64,000 nt of DNA, from NCBI GenBank assembly GCA_000965745.1, contig CP009479.1, positions 1,824,001-1,888,000 on the forward strand, read 5' to 3'. Positions 20,264 to 30,528 of the stretch are shown here, in pieces; within the stretch, counting starts at the first letter, position 1; every line of letters starts with the position of its first letter. The translations under genes were made by a program, and so were the position numbers. The notes under the pieces were generated by a model. That model did no database searches, was not told the origin of the DNA, and saw nothing but the letters and a program-made list of their open reading frames with translations. The DNA is from an uncultured archaeon. GTDB taxonomy: Archaea; Thermoplasmatota; Thermoplasmata; Thermoplasmatales; Thermoplasmataceae.

Positions 20264-21247
20264 ATGGTTCTATACTTATCTAACGAAGATGTGCAGAAAG
20301 CTGTGGGGATAGACGATCTTGTCAAGAATGTAAGAACTGCACTTATGGATTACGGGCTTAAAAGGGCACAAAATTCTCGCCGCCATACCCTATCATTGGA
20401 AGGTGGTATTTTTAGGAATATGATGGCAGTGATTCCTGCACTAGAGGTTGTTGGACTGAAGGAAGGTATGTGGAAATCAAGTGAAAAAGAAGGAAGGACA
20501 AAAGATGTAGAGAGGAACACTGAATTGGTATGCCTTTATTCTTTAAAAGAGGAAAAACTCCTGTCAATAATAAAATCTCATCGGTTGAATGAATTGCGCA
20601 CTGCCGCGGGAAGCGCGATAGCTACTGAATTGTTATCCAGAAACAATTCTACTACTTTAGGGATAATAGGAACAGGACCACATGCATTTGCTCATCTGGA
20701 AGTCCTTCAAAGGATTAAACCGTTTAAATCATACAGAGTATATAGCAGGAAGCCTGAAAATAGGAAGGCATTCATAAATAAAGCTCAGACAATGTTTGAT
20801 TCTGTTGAGTCAGTCAACTGTAATAGTGCCGAAGAAGTCTTAGAATACTCTGATGTAATAGTGGAGGCCACATACTCAAGAGACCCTGTGATAAAAGGTG
20901 ATTTCATTCAAGATGGGACACATATAAATTCAATAGGGTCGAGTTTTGGTGGGAAGCAGGTCTTGGACGATACTTTGTTGCGCAAAATGTCTCGGATGGT
21001 AGTTGATTTTAAAGAGCAGTCTCTTTATGATAATTCAGGCGATATAATTGGTCCCGTATCAAAGAACATCATAGCATATCCAGATATTGATGAGCTTGGT
21101 CAATTAGTGGCAGGAGTGAGAGAAGCTAGAATTTCAAATGATGAGGTAACTGTATACAAGTCACTAGGCATGGGTTTGTTTGATGTTGCAGCAGCATTCT
21201 CTGTTTACGCTTCTGCAATTAAAGAAGGTATTGGTAGGGAGATATAG
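20264..21247 (+). CDS. Ornithine cyclodeaminase / mu-crystallin family protein
   Basis: GLK, LRTAA, IIGTG, THINSIGS, YKSLGMGLFD. Confidence 0.9.
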   Translation: MVLYLSNEDVQKAVGIDDLVKNVRTALMDYGLKRAQNSRRHTLSLEGGIFRNMMAVIPALEVVGLKEGMWKSSEKEGRTKDVERNTELVCLYSLKEEKLLSIIKSHRLNELRTAAGSAIATELLSRNNSTTLGIIGTGPHAFAHLEVLQRIKPFKSYRVYSRKPENRKAFINKAQTMFDSVESVNCNSAEEVLEYSDVIVEATYSRDPVIKGDFIQDGTHINSIGSSFGGKQVLDDTLLRKMSRMVVDFKEQSLYDNSGDIIGPVSKNIIAYPDIDELGQLVAGVREARISNDEVTVYKSLGMGLFDVAAAFSVYASAIKEGIGREI

Positions 21248-21263
21248 AGAAATCGGAACTATC

Positions 21264-22733
21264 TTAAGTATCTGGACCTCTATTCCTTTGTTTTAAAGCT
21301 AAATCTATTTTCGAGATAGCCGCTTTCCTTATCTCCTCTGGAAACTCGAGGAAATCAGATACAGGTGGAACTTCACCTTCCTTGAACCATGCGGGAAATC
21401 TGCAGTCAATTATCACTTTTGCTAGCCCCCTTCTCTGCTTGATCAGAGACGGATCCCTTCCTTGCGGTATCAACCCAGCGAAATCATAGAAGTTCGGAAT
21501 AACAGTAATGTCCCTATCGGGCTTACACCTAGTGCACATTGCCCATATAACTTCGTTAAGATTTGTTATATCAATATCTTTATTGACTATAACTACCCAG
21601 TCAGCACCTGCTCCGACCTTAGTTCCCCAAAGTGCAGAAGCTACGTGTTTGTCGTGGCCGGGGTATGGATTTCCATCAGTGGCTATAACCACTAAGTGAT
21701 TTGAAGGAGACCATGGGTGGTAAGCAATATCTACAACTGCTGGAATTCCAAGATCATCTATTAGAGCTTTTCTACTAAGTGCACTATTGCCAACTGACAT
21801 TATAATGTGGTCTTCAACAATTGGTTTTCCTTCCAGTGTCCCTGTATTAATAGGAGAGTCCCTATGGGTTATGCATTTAACATCAAAAACAGGTCTTTCC
21901 TGAATGCCGCCAGCGTAATATCCTATATACTCACCAAATGGGCCCTCAGTTCTAAGCTTATGTGGGTCAATTTCTCCCTCCAACACTATTTCAGCGCTTG
22001 CGGGAACTTCTAAATCCAATGTTTCGCATTTCACCATTTCCAGGGGTTTTTCGCGAAGTGCTCCTGCCATTTCAAGTTCATTGACATTAAATGTATACCT
22101 TCCACACGAGGCAAGAACCACCGAGGGGTCAACTCCTATGGCAACCGCCGCAGGCATTGGTTTGTTAAGCATCTTGTATTTCTTGAAATGATAACCTATG
22201 TGTTGCGCCGGAACAATGAACATTCCAGTGCTGGTTGGATCATGTATCATCATTCTGTAAACGCCCATGTTAGTCCAGTCAGTTTCAGGGTCTTTGGTTA
22301 TGACACAACCAAAGGTTCCAATAAATTTGCCTCCGTCCCGAGGGTTCCACTTAGGCGTAGGGAACTTATATAAGTCCACTTCTTCATCCTTGAGAATGTT
22401 TTCCTTGACTGGGCCGGAACTAACAATTTTAGGCGGAATTGGTTTTTTAATCCGTTCGTAGTACGTTTTAATGATCTCTTTTACGTCAGTATCGGCGGGT
22501 AGCCCAAGAGCGATGGCATATCTTCGATACGTGGATACCATTCCTGAAAAGAATTTGTAATCTGAACCGTACCCCTTTAATTTGTTGAACATGATTGCAG
22601 GTCCTCCAATGTCAAACGTCCTCCTAGTTATTGCTCCTACCTCTAGATCGGGGTCCACCTCCTCATTTATTTCTAGAATCTCGTTTGTAACCCTGAGCTT
22701 ATCGATGAACTGTCGCAAGTCATTGAATGCCAT
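21264..22733 (-). CDS. UbiD-family prFMN-dependent (de)carboxylase
   Basis: FNDLRQF, NMGVYRM, VPASAEIVLEG, EGPFGEY, VIWAMCTR; start ATG 22733 (or TTG 22742). Confidence 0.92.
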   Translation of the reverse strand: MAFNDLRQFIDKLRVTNEILEINEEVDPDLEVGAITRRTFDIGGPAIMFNKLKGYGSDYKFFSGMVSTYRRYAIALGLPADTDVKEIIKTYYERIKKPIPPKIVSSGPVKENILKDEEVDLYKFPTPKWNPRDGGKFIGTFGCVITKDPETDWTNMGVYRMMIHDPTSTGMFIVPAQHIGYHFKKYKMLNKPMPAAVAIGVDPSVVLASCGRYTFNVNELEMAGALREKPLEMVKCETLDLEVPASAEIVLEGEIDPHKLRTEGPFGEYIGYYAGGIQERPVFDVKCITHRDSPINTGTLEGKPIVEDHIIMSVGNSALSRKALIDDLGIPAVVDIAYHPWSPSNHLVVIATDGNPYPGHDKHVASALWGTKVGAGADWVVIVNKDIDITNLNEVIWAMCTRCKPDRDITVIPNFYDFAGLIPQGRDPSLIKQRRGLAKVIIDCRFPAWFKEGEVPPVSDFLEFPEEIRKAAISKIDLALKQRNRGPDT

Positions 22734-22916
22734 ACCTGTCAAACATTACTCGAATATATATTCTTTTTGTAATTTCTATAACCAAACATCAAAAATTTTC
22801 TATGGGCTACTTTAAGCCAATGAGTAATCCGACCCATATCACAACTTTCCAGAGAGCCAACCAATTTGTGGAAATGGAATAGATCTCTTTTTGGTGGTGG
22901 TGAACCCTTCATATAA

Positions 22917-23585
22917 CTAATGGAATCTGTTAGCTTGATGCTTGACCTTCCACAGTACGTCTATAAATTGCTTTCTACTTAGTCTTCCAGTGTTGACGTT
23001 TCTCGGGCTGGGGTGGTAGCAGCATACTTCCTTGAATTTCCCATAGTCATACACCTCTCCGTGCACAAATTTCTTCCCCCTGGTATCAAAACCTTTCTTC
23101 CTGAGGTATTTATTGAAACCAGTATGAGCCACGGTTCCAAGTGTAAGTACAACTTTGAGGTTTGACATTGAGTCAATCTCAAATTCAAGATACTCCGAAC
23201 AGTTATTTATCTCCTCACCTGCGGGCTTATCGTTAGGGGGAACACACTTCAGGACAGCAGTTATGTATGTATCGTAATATTCAAGCCCGTCGTCTATAGA
23301 TGTCGAAGTAGGAATGTTCGATATTCCCACCTCATGCAGGCAGGATACCAGAAAATCCGAGCTTTTATCGCCGGTGAAGACTCTCCCAGTCCTGTTGCCT
23401 CCAGTGGCGGCGGGAGCAAGTCCAAGGACAAGGATGCTGCCGGATATATCCCCAAATCCAGGGACGGGCCTGGACCAGAAATTCTCGCCAGCGTATCTTG
23501 AATTCCTCCCGGATACTTCCTCGCGAAACCTGACCAGCCTGTCGCATTTTCTGCACTCTATCAGCTTCTTGTTGAACTCCTGCAT
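22917..23585 (-). CDS. udgB: Uracil-DNA glycosylase family 5 (4Fe-4S)
   Basis: CRKCDRL, GLAPAATGGNRTGR, KCVPP, HPSPRN. Confidence 0.9.
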   Translation of the reverse strand: MQEFNKKLIECRKCDRLVRFREEVSGRNSRYAGENFWSRPVPGFGDISGSILVLGLAPAATGGNRTGRVFTGDKSSDFLVSCLHEVGISNIPTSTSIDDGLEYYDTYITAVLKCVPPNDKPAGEEINNCSEYLEFEIDSMSNLKVVLTLGTVAHTGFNKYLRKKGFDTRGKKFVHGEVYDYGKFKEVCCYHPSPRNVNTGRLSRKQFIDVLWKVKHQANRFH

Positions 23586-23738
23586 GTTTTTGTATTTCAA
23601 CGCAACCGCCCATGCATTGAACGATATACTTAACTTGTTCCCTTGTCCGGACGTGCCCCCTTACATACACATATTCGTACCGCCTGACGTGCAGATCAAG
23701 CTTAAATATGGAGTAATCTGTTTGTGTAAGTAATCATT

Positions 23739-24926
23739 ATGCAGGGTCAGTCTAAGATCGAATATGTACGAAACAGGATCAACATACTGATGAAACTTGG
23801 CCGTGAAGACCAGGTTCTGAAAGAGTATGATGAAATTATTAGATTAACCGGCGAAAATGATGAAATTCGCTTCAAGAAGGCTGTGCTTCTTTTCAGGATG
23901 AAGAGAATGAAGGAGGCTGCCGAGGAGTGCGACAGGGCGATCTCAATAAATTCCTCCGTTCCAATATACCACTACGGGAAAGCCCTGGCACTCAATGTCC
24001 TCGAAGATTACCCGGGAAGTCTTAAAGAGATCAATGAAGTTCTCAGGCTTGTTTCATCACCCCAAAGGGAGAGTGTGTATGAGACCCCAAGCAGGAATAT
24101 CAACCTCGAAATAGAGCGGCTGCTGAAGCACTTTGAAGAAATAGAATCACACGAAGTTCCTGAGCACAACATAGAAACCTTTGCTGAAGGAGCAGAGGAA
24201 AAGGAGGAACCGGTTCGGAAAGAGGAATTCTTTGAACCGCAGGCCCGAAACAAGATTTCTGTCAGGGATCAGAGTTTTCTGGACCCGGATTTCACTGAAT
24301 CCATAGATGACCTCAAGAAACTTGACAAGGCGCTAAAGGATATAGACATACATTTCAACCGGCTGAAGAGTGCCGCACAGAGCGTAGATCTTGCAATAGA
24401 CGAGAAAGAGGGGAGACTGAAAAGATTATTGGCCAGTTGCACCGATCCGCAAATTGAAGAAATTCTCAGAGGATACAGTGATGTATTGAGGGTCGACATT
24501 AATGGGGAAGACCGCAGAAACCTTAGAAAGATCGAACGTGTACTGGATTCCAATCCCAAAAATGGTGAACTTCATTATGGAAAAGCGCTCTTTCTCTACA
24601 CTAGGGGAGATTTTGATGAGGCCATGGCCGAGATGGAAATAGCCAGGAACCTTGACCCTGTCAGCAGTGCTTACAATTTTGGGATCACCCTTATCGAAAA
24701 TAAGTCCATGGACTATGAGCAATCAATCAAAAACCTGACCAACCAGGCAAGGGAAAGCCCTGACAACCCTTCTGTCCATTACAAGAGGGGGATGATGCTT
24801 TACCTGCTCAAGCGTTTTGGAGAGGCAGCCGATGAGTTCAACAATGCAATAGATCTCTACCAGTATGACCCGAGATACTACTTTGGGCGCACTCTTGCGA
24901 GATACATGCTAGATTCTGTAGCATGA
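23739..24926 (+). CDS. TPR repeat protein
   Basis: Repeated YHYGKA/HYKRG-type helical repeats. Confidence 0.85.
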   Translation: MQGQSKIEYVRNRINILMKLGREDQVLKEYDEIIRLTGENDEIRFKKAVLLFRMKRMKEAAEECDRAISINSSVPIYHYGKALALNVLEDYPGSLKEINEVLRLVSSPQRESVYETPSRNINLEIERLLKHFEEIESHEVPEHNIETFAEGAEEKEEPVRKEEFFEPQARNKISVRDQSFLDPDFTESIDDLKKLDKALKDIDIHFNRLKSAAQSVDLAIDEKEGRLKRLLASCTDPQIEEILRGYSDVLRVDINGEDRRNLRKIERVLDSNPKNGELHYGKALFLYTRGDFDEAMAEMEIARNLDPVSSAYNFGITLIENKSMDYEQSIKNLTNQARESPDNPSVHYKRGMMLYLLKRFGEAADEFNNAIDLYQYDPRYYFGRTLARYMLDSVA

Positions 24927-24974
24927 TAGTACTATTTTTTATACCTGTACATTATATTAATAATAAGTGTAATA

Positions 24975-25391
24975 ATGGCTCTTTCGGCACTCTACGTTAT
25001 AATTGGACTAGTTGTGGCATGGATTGTGATTTCCATCCCACTGTATCTGGCAGCTAAGGTAGTTGCTGGAAGGCGTGCAACATTCGGAAAGGCGCTCCTC
25101 GCATCCCTCATTGGCCCGGTGGTTGAGTATTTGTTCCTTTTTGTGTTCATACTTTTCCTGACGCCGTTTATAGGTGTTGCTGCCATCCCGATTGCACTGA
25201 TACTGGCAATAATAATCCTGATATACGTATACGCATCGATATTCAGCACCTCATGGCTTGGCGGGCTGGGGATTGCTATCATTTCCTTCATCATAAGCTT
25301 CATTATAATCGGGATATTCTCGGCGTTTTTCACGTTCCTGCCACTCGGAACTTCAATCTTTCATGGTGGTCCGAGGTCCGGACTCCCGTAA
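24975..25391 (+). CDS. Small membrane protein (~4 TM)
   Basis: Highly hydrophobic 138-aa ORF. Confidence 0.75.
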   Translation: MALSALYVIIGLVVAWIVISIPLYLAAKVVAGRRATFGKALLASLIGPVVEYLFLFVFILFLTPFIGVAAIPIALILAIIILIYVYASIFSTSWLGGLGIAIISFIISFIIIGIFSAFFTFLPLGTSIFHGGPRSGLP

Positions 25392-25488
25392 TTTTTCCCT
25401 TTAAACCCGTTATTGTTTCTAGCGTTCCTTAAGTATATCTGAACAAAAAGGTTAAATAATGAACTATTGTTATATTTCTGGTGATAAT

Positions 25489-26181
25489 ATGCAATTAAAC
25501 GGAGAAGAAGATTTCTATTCACAGGCTTACAAGTTTGTCAAAAGGCACAACGCCACCAATAATGAATTCATTGACAGGTTTTCCAGGGGAGACATTTCGG
25601 ACGGAGAATTCCGTCGTTTCTCGGTTGAATTCTATCATTTTACAAGAGAGTGGCCCTCGATTTTGTCTACGCTGCTTGTGAACACCCCCGACGAGAACGA
25701 TGCAGCCAACCTTACTACGATCCTTGTATCCGAACTTGGCGATGACGACCCCGGCCAGAGACACGAGCTTCTATACAGAAAGTATCTCAGAAGCATAGGG
25801 CTTGACCCGGCTGAAATAGTAATGAAGAAGCAGCTCAACACAACTAAGTCTTGGCTTGACGGAATGAGAAAATACTTCGCGGGCGACCATTTTGAAGCTC
25901 TAGGGGCAGAATTCGGGCTTGAAAACATGGCAATTCCAATGTGGGACAAGTTGCTCGCCGGTTTTGAGAAATGGAAAGCATCCCATCCTGACTATTCGGG
26001 AATGGACCTTGAATATTTCACATTCCACAGGGCACTTGAGGAGAAGCATGAAGAAGCAATGGAGGATGTGCTCGGGAAGCACAAGGATGATGGGTCAGCC
26101 AGGGAAAAATTCATCACTGGTGCCAGAGGAATTTTAGATCTAGAGGAGAAGTTCTGGATCGGGCTAGGAAATAACCAGTGA
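25489..26181 (+). CDS. Heme-oxygenase-like di-iron enzyme (PqqC/CADD/TenA superfamily)
   Basis: ELG...H, GLE, FHRALEEKH; GGTGA SD before ATG 25489. Confidence 0.75.
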   Translation: MQLNGEEDFYSQAYKFVKRHNATNNEFIDRFSRGDISDGEFRRFSVEFYHFTREWPSILSTLLVNTPDENDAANLTTILVSELGDDDPGQRHELLYRKYLRSIGLDPAEIVMKKQLNTTKSWLDGMRKYFAGDHFEALGAEFGLENMAIPMWDKLLAGFEKWKASHPDYSGMDLEYFTFHRALEEKHEEAMEDVLGKHKDDGSAREKFITGARGILDLEEKFWIGLGNNQ

Positions 26182-26202
26182 TCCGGCCTCAACCCTGCCC
26201 TC

Positions 26203-27378
26203 CTATGCAGGAGCAGTTTCCCTTGCGGCATTTTCCTCCATTTTTTGAAGTATGATATCCGTATCTTTGAGGATATGGCCTGTCAGTACGCACGCAACCA
26301 CATCATTCCTGTCAATTACCCCCTGATTCCTCAGTTTTTTCACTCCAGCAACAGAAGCCGCAGAGGCCGGCTCACAGCCTATGCCGGATAAATCGATCAT
26401 GCGCTTGGAATCGTATATTTCCTCATCAGAAACTGACACAGCAATTCCGTTGGTGTATTCCAGCGATTTTTTGGCTTTCCTCCAGTTTACAGGGTTCCCT
26501 ATTCGAATTGCCGAGGCCATAGTCTGCGGGTCATCTTCAGGAACGAGGGGATCGCTGCCCCCTTCTGACATGTATCTGTAGAACGGGCTTGCGCCTTCTG
26601 CCTGCACCGCAATAATCCGTGGGATGTCGTAAAGGACTCCCCAATCCTTCATCTCCTTGATGGCCTTTCCAAACGCGCTGGTATTCCCCAGATTTCCTGC
26701 GGGGACAGCGATGTAATCGACGGTGATAAGTTCCTCTATAAGCTCAAAGATGATGGTTTTCTGCCCTTCAACTCTCCACGGGTTGATAGAGTTTAAGGGG
26801 TAGGGCTTATCGTATGCGCCGACAGAATCTATTACTTTCCTCATCGCTCCATCGAAATTACCATCGAAAGTCTCGATGTTTGCGCCATAGGCAACTGCCT
26901 GTGCAAGCTTTGATTTTGTAATCCTTCCCGATGGGATAACCACGGTCATTCCTATACCTGCGAATGAAGTATAAGCCGCTGCAGACGAAGAGGTATTGCC
27001 GGTTGAGGCACAAATTGCGTGATTGAGGCCAAGCCTTTTTGCTTCGGATACAGCCACCGTCATGCCCCGATCCTTGAAGCTACCTGTGGGATTCCTCCCC
27101 TCGTGTTTTAGGTGGAGGTTGTTCACTCCTGAATATGCTGACAGTTTGTCATTTTCGTAAATTGTGGTGGCACCTTCACCAAGGGTCACGATGAATTCTT
27201 CAGGCAGAGTGGGGTGTATCATCTCCTTGTACCTCCAAACACCTTTTGTAGAGTATACCTCCCACTCCACATCCTGGTGATTCACCTCCAGGGGAGACTT
27301 GCATTTATCGCACCTATAATCTGTCCTGTTTATGTGATAATATTCCCCGCATTCAATGCATCTGAGATTTGTAATCAT
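26203..27378 (-). CDS. thrC: Threonine synthase
   Basis: NPTGSFKDRG, ASTGNT, PAGNLGN, CEPASA. Confidence 0.93.
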   Translation of the reverse strand: MITNLRCIECGEYYHINRTDYRCDKCKSPLEVNHQDVEWEVYSTKGVWRYKEMIHPTLPEEFIVTLGEGATTIYENDKLSAYSGVNNLHLKHEGRNPTGSFKDRGMTVAVSEAKRLGLNHAICASTGNTSSSAAAYTSFAGIGMTVVIPSGRITKSKLAQAVAYGANIETFDGNFDGAMRKVIDSVGAYDKPYPLNSINPWRVEGQKTIIFELIEELITVDYIAVPAGNLGNTSAFGKAIKEMKDWGVLYDIPRIIAVQAEGASPFYRYMSEGGSDPLVPEDDPQTMASAIRIGNPVNWRKAKKSLEYTNGIAVSVSDEEIYDSKRMIDLSGIGCEPASAASVAGVKKLRNQGVIDRNDVVACVLTGHILKDTDIILQKMEENAARETAPA

Positions 27379-28286
27379 CCAATCACCAACGATCCTGTAT
27401 CAGAGGACTTCGTGATGACAGCAGTCGATTCCAGCCCGTTGTCAAGAAACGCCTCTGACATGGCCGCTGATACATCCTCCAACATTTCCTCTGGAGCTAT
27501 GGCAAACACTGAAGGGCCGGAGCCACTTATTGACACCCCATAAGCACCACGCTTAAGGGCAGACTGCTTCACCTCGGTGTATCCGCTGATCAGACTTGCT
27601 CTCCTCTTTTCCACAACATTGTCAGAGTTTACAAATCTTCCTATCAACCTCGCATCACCTTTCAGAAATGCGTGAAGAAGCAGAGTTGAAGATGAGATGT
27701 GGTTTCTCATCTCGGAGAATGGCATACAGTCTCCCAGCACCTTTCTGGAATCCGACGTTTTAAGTTCCACTGATGGAGTAGCTACGGCAATGGGGAGGTC
27801 TCCTGCTGGCACCTTTAGAAACTGGTGCCCATCGTTCACGACTAAACCGCCTAAGATTGAAGCTGATACATTATCATGATGAACAGTTCCGGAAGATACA
27901 GTCTCACCGTATGAGGCGTACTGGATCAATGCATCCGAATCAACCTTGCAGTAGATAGAGTCTAAAGCATAAAGGGCTCCAGCAGCTGAAGCAGCGGAAC
28001 TTCCCAATCCACCGCCCGGGCGAATGCCTTTGTCTATTTCTATGACGAATTCCCCGGCAATTCCGAAGTCCTTCAGGTACTTCAGGGCCGCGATTCCGGC
28101 AGTATTGTCTTGAGGCTCAGTTGGAACTTTGTATTTTCCCTTAGAAATGAGTTCAAGTGATAGTCTCTCAGAGGGTCTTGTTGTAACTGTTACTGTCTCA
28201 TACGGCTCTTGCAGCGCTAGGGCAAACACGTCAAATCCCGGACCAAGGTTCGCAATGGTCGCCGGTACCCTGACAGACAGTTTCAT
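27375..28286 (-). CDS. thrB: Homoserine kinase
   Basis: PATIANLGPGFD, GLGSSAAS, HHDNV, ISGSGPS; overlaps thrC start. Confidence 0.93.
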   Translation of the reverse strand: MKLSVRVPATIANLGPGFDVFALALQEPYETVTVTTRPSERLSLELISKGKYKVPTEPQDNTAGIAALKYLKDFGIAGEFVIEIDKGIRPGGGLGSSAASAAGALYALDSIYCKVDSDALIQYASYGETVSSGTVHHDNVSASILGGLVVNDGHQFLKVPAGDLPIAVATPSVELKTSDSRKVLGDCMPFSEMRNHISSSTLLLHAFLKGDARLIGRFVNSDNVVEKRRASLISGYTEVKQSALKRGAYGVSISGSGPSVFAIAPEEMLEDVSAAMSEAFLDNGLESTAVITKSSDTGSLVIG

Positions 28287-28438
28287 GGTACCTGTGAAAT
28301 GTTTCTTAACATAACATTTTACTAGGCAATTCCGAATAAATGACAAACATACTGCTCATTATCTGGTATATATCCGGGAAGAATTTGCAATCATGTTATT
28401 GCGTTAGACGTGAATAAAAAGAAAAATGGTTTGGGAAA

Positions 28439-29581
28439 TCAGGATCTGACTTCTTCTGATATGCCCTCAAGGATTTCCTTGTTGAATGAAGCCTCTTCAG
28501 GCACAGATGAAGGGTCAACTCTTGTTTCGGACCCTACAGACCTGAAATATGTGTTCAGGAAGGCAGATATCTTCTCAGAATCCACAACTCCCAGCAGGCC
28601 GACTCTTACCATCTTGTCAGCAAAAGATTTCATTCCCTTGGATACCTGGATTCCAGCAGCCTTCATGTCACCCTGCACCTTCTTGACTGGAACAGGTGGT
28701 TCGAACGCGAGAACTGTGTTGGAATAGTTAGCTGGAGTTCCATACATCCTGGAGCCGGTGCTTATGATCTGTTCCCTTACAAACTCTGCCGCAGCACTGT
28801 GCCTCTTCCACCTGTTCTCAATCCCCTCGCGCTCCAGTATCTTCAATGCGGTGTAGAGTGCATTAAAGCTTCCGGTTGACGGGGTGTATGGAGTTTCATC
28901 CTTATCCAGAAATTTCAGCGATACAGAAAGGTCCATGTACTTTGGAACATCGGCACTTTCAAGGACATAGCCAAGGCCTTCTTCGCTGATTGAAACCATG
29001 CCCAGGCCCGGCACCGATGCCAGACCTTTCTGGCTGCATGATGCAATTGCATCAATGCCCCAGCTGTTCGCCTTCACCTCAAGGCTACCAAAGCCGGAAA
29101 CAGAGTCAACCAGAACTTTCATTCCAAGGTTCTTGGCTTCGCGGGCCGCTTCCCTTAGATTATAAATTGATGTCCCGTTCCCTGTTTCGTTGTGAATAAG
29201 GCACACAGTTTTGATCTCTTTGTTCTTGGATATGTAATCTGCAATTTCTCCCGGCTCTAAAGTGTCTGAATAGGATTTCTCCATTACTTTTACATTGCAC
29301 CCATGCCGGTTCAGGCTCTCCACAAGCCTTCCACCGAATTCACCGAATGTAACTGCGAGGACACCCTCGTTTCTGGAAGTCATTGAATATAACATTGATT
29401 CAACTGCTGTAGTGCCCGATCCTGTTGTAATCACACTGGCGGAGGAGTCGGCAAATCTGTTCAGAAGATCCGAGCTTGAGCGCACAATATCCCTGAACTC
29501 GTCGGATCTGTGGTTCTGTACATAGGCTGAAGCTTTCAGGACTTCATCGGGAACGTCAACCGGACCCGGAAGGAGAAGCAT
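28439..29581 (-). CDS. Class V PLP aminotransferase (probable phosphoserine aminotransferase)
   Basis: LLLPGP, HRS, HNET, VDSVS, SQKG, TPYTP; coupled to serA. Confidence 0.85.
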   Translation of the reverse strand: MLLLPGPVDVPDEVLKASAYVQNHRSDEFRDIVRSSSDLLNRFADSSASVITTGSGTTAVESMLYSMTSRNEGVLAVTFGEFGGRLVESLNRHGCNVKVMEKSYSDTLEPGEIADYISKNKEIKTVCLIHNETGNGTSIYNLREAAREAKNLGMKVLVDSVSGFGSLEVKANSWGIDAIASCSQKGLASVPGLGMVSISEEGLGYVLESADVPKYMDLSVSLKFLDKDETPYTPSTGSFNALYTALKILEREGIENRWKRHSAAAEFVREQIISTGSRMYGTPANYSNTVLAFEPPVPVKKVQGDMKAAGIQVSKGMKSFADKMVRVGLLGVVDSEKISAFLNTYFRSVGSETRVDPSSVPEEASFNKEILEGISEEVRS

Positions 29582-30528
29582 TACAGTTCCCCCCTTACAG
29601 CTTTTGCTACGTTTTCCACAGTTGCAAGTGCTACCCTTTTCTGTGCTTCTCTAGTCTGCGCCCCGATGTGAGGGGTTACAATCACATTTTCCATGTTTAT
29701 CAACTCCTTTTCCCACTCTTCCTTTGGAGGCTCATTCCACATTACATCCGCCGCATATCCACCGATTCTTCCCGCCTTGAGGGCTTCCAGAAGTGCAACA
29801 CCGTCCATAGCCTCGGCACGGCTGGTGTTTATGATATATGCGCCTTCTTTTACTCTTGAGAACTGCTCCTTTGCCATAAGGCTCTTGGAACTCCCGTTCA
29901 GGGTTACACATGTAAATATAAAGTCCGAACTCGAAAGGAGGTCATCCAATTCAACGTAACGGCCGCCTATGGTCTTTATCAGTTCGTCATTATGCACTAT
30001 GTCATATGCCACAATATTGGCTCCGAGAGATGAAAGGACTCTTGCTGTCTCATAGCCTATCCTTCCAAACCCGATAACACCGCAAGTTGACCCGGAGAGT
30101 TCCTTGCCTTTCTGTTTCTTGTATTCTCCTTCCCTGATTTTACGGTTCAAAGCAGAAATTCTTCTGGCGAGGTCTATCGCGAGAACAAGGTTGAGCTCAA
30201 CAACAGACTCAGTTGATGAGCCGGCTGCCGTAATAATCTTCACTCCCTTTGAGTTTGCACTTTCGGAGTCTATATTATCAATGCCAATTCCTGCACGCGC
30301 TATAATTTTAAGGTTTTTTGCAGCATCCATGACATCGGAATCCACCTTTGTCCTGCTTCTTACTACTATGATCTGATAGTCGCTTATATTCTCCACAAGC
30401 TCAGACTTTGTGATCTCAGGTTTATAATCTACGTTATAACCTTCATTTTTAAGCCCGTCGAGGAGTTCCTGAGCAACACTGTCACAAACAAGAACTCGTA
30501 TATGAGTATCATTAACTAGCTCGGTCAC
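29581..30528 (-). CDS. serA: D-3-phosphoglycerate dehydrogenase (short form, no ACT domain)
   Basis: VRSRTKV, RAGIGIDNID, GFGRIG, TPHIGAQT. Confidence 0.85.
   Translation of the reverse strand: MTELVNDTHIRVLVCDSVAQELLDGLKNEGYNVDYKPEITKSELVENISDYQIIVVRSRTKVDSDVMDAAKNLKIIARAGIGIDNIDSESANSKGVKIITAAGSSTESVVELNLVLAIDLARRISALNRKIREGEYKKQKGKELSGSTCGVIGFGRIGYETARVLSSLGANIVAYDIVHNDELIKTIGGRYVELDDLLSSSDFIFTCVTLNGSSKSLMAKEQFSRVKEGAYIINTSRAEAMDGVALLEALKAGRIGGYAADVMWNEPPKEEWEKELINMENVIVTPHIGAQTREAQKRVALATVENVAKAVRGEL

Larger units (their letters stand above)
16707..22916. other. AT-rich accessory island (probable horizontal acquisition)
   Basis: Two hand-counted 60-mers inside gave 28% and 35% GC, two in the left flank 40% and 62%; no integrase or direct repeat seen; borders approximate. 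Confidence 0.6.

Noticed and set aside
21264-22733. UbiD as a housekeeping quinone or mevalonate-pathway decarboxylase
   Set aside because: Island context with a transporter favours an accessory role; not formally excluded without a tree
22739-22912. 57-aa minus-strand ORF (MKGSPPPKRD...) fitting between udgB and the UbiD gene
   Set aside because: Runs through the probable UbiD promoter and has no motif or SD; likely chance, though not excluded
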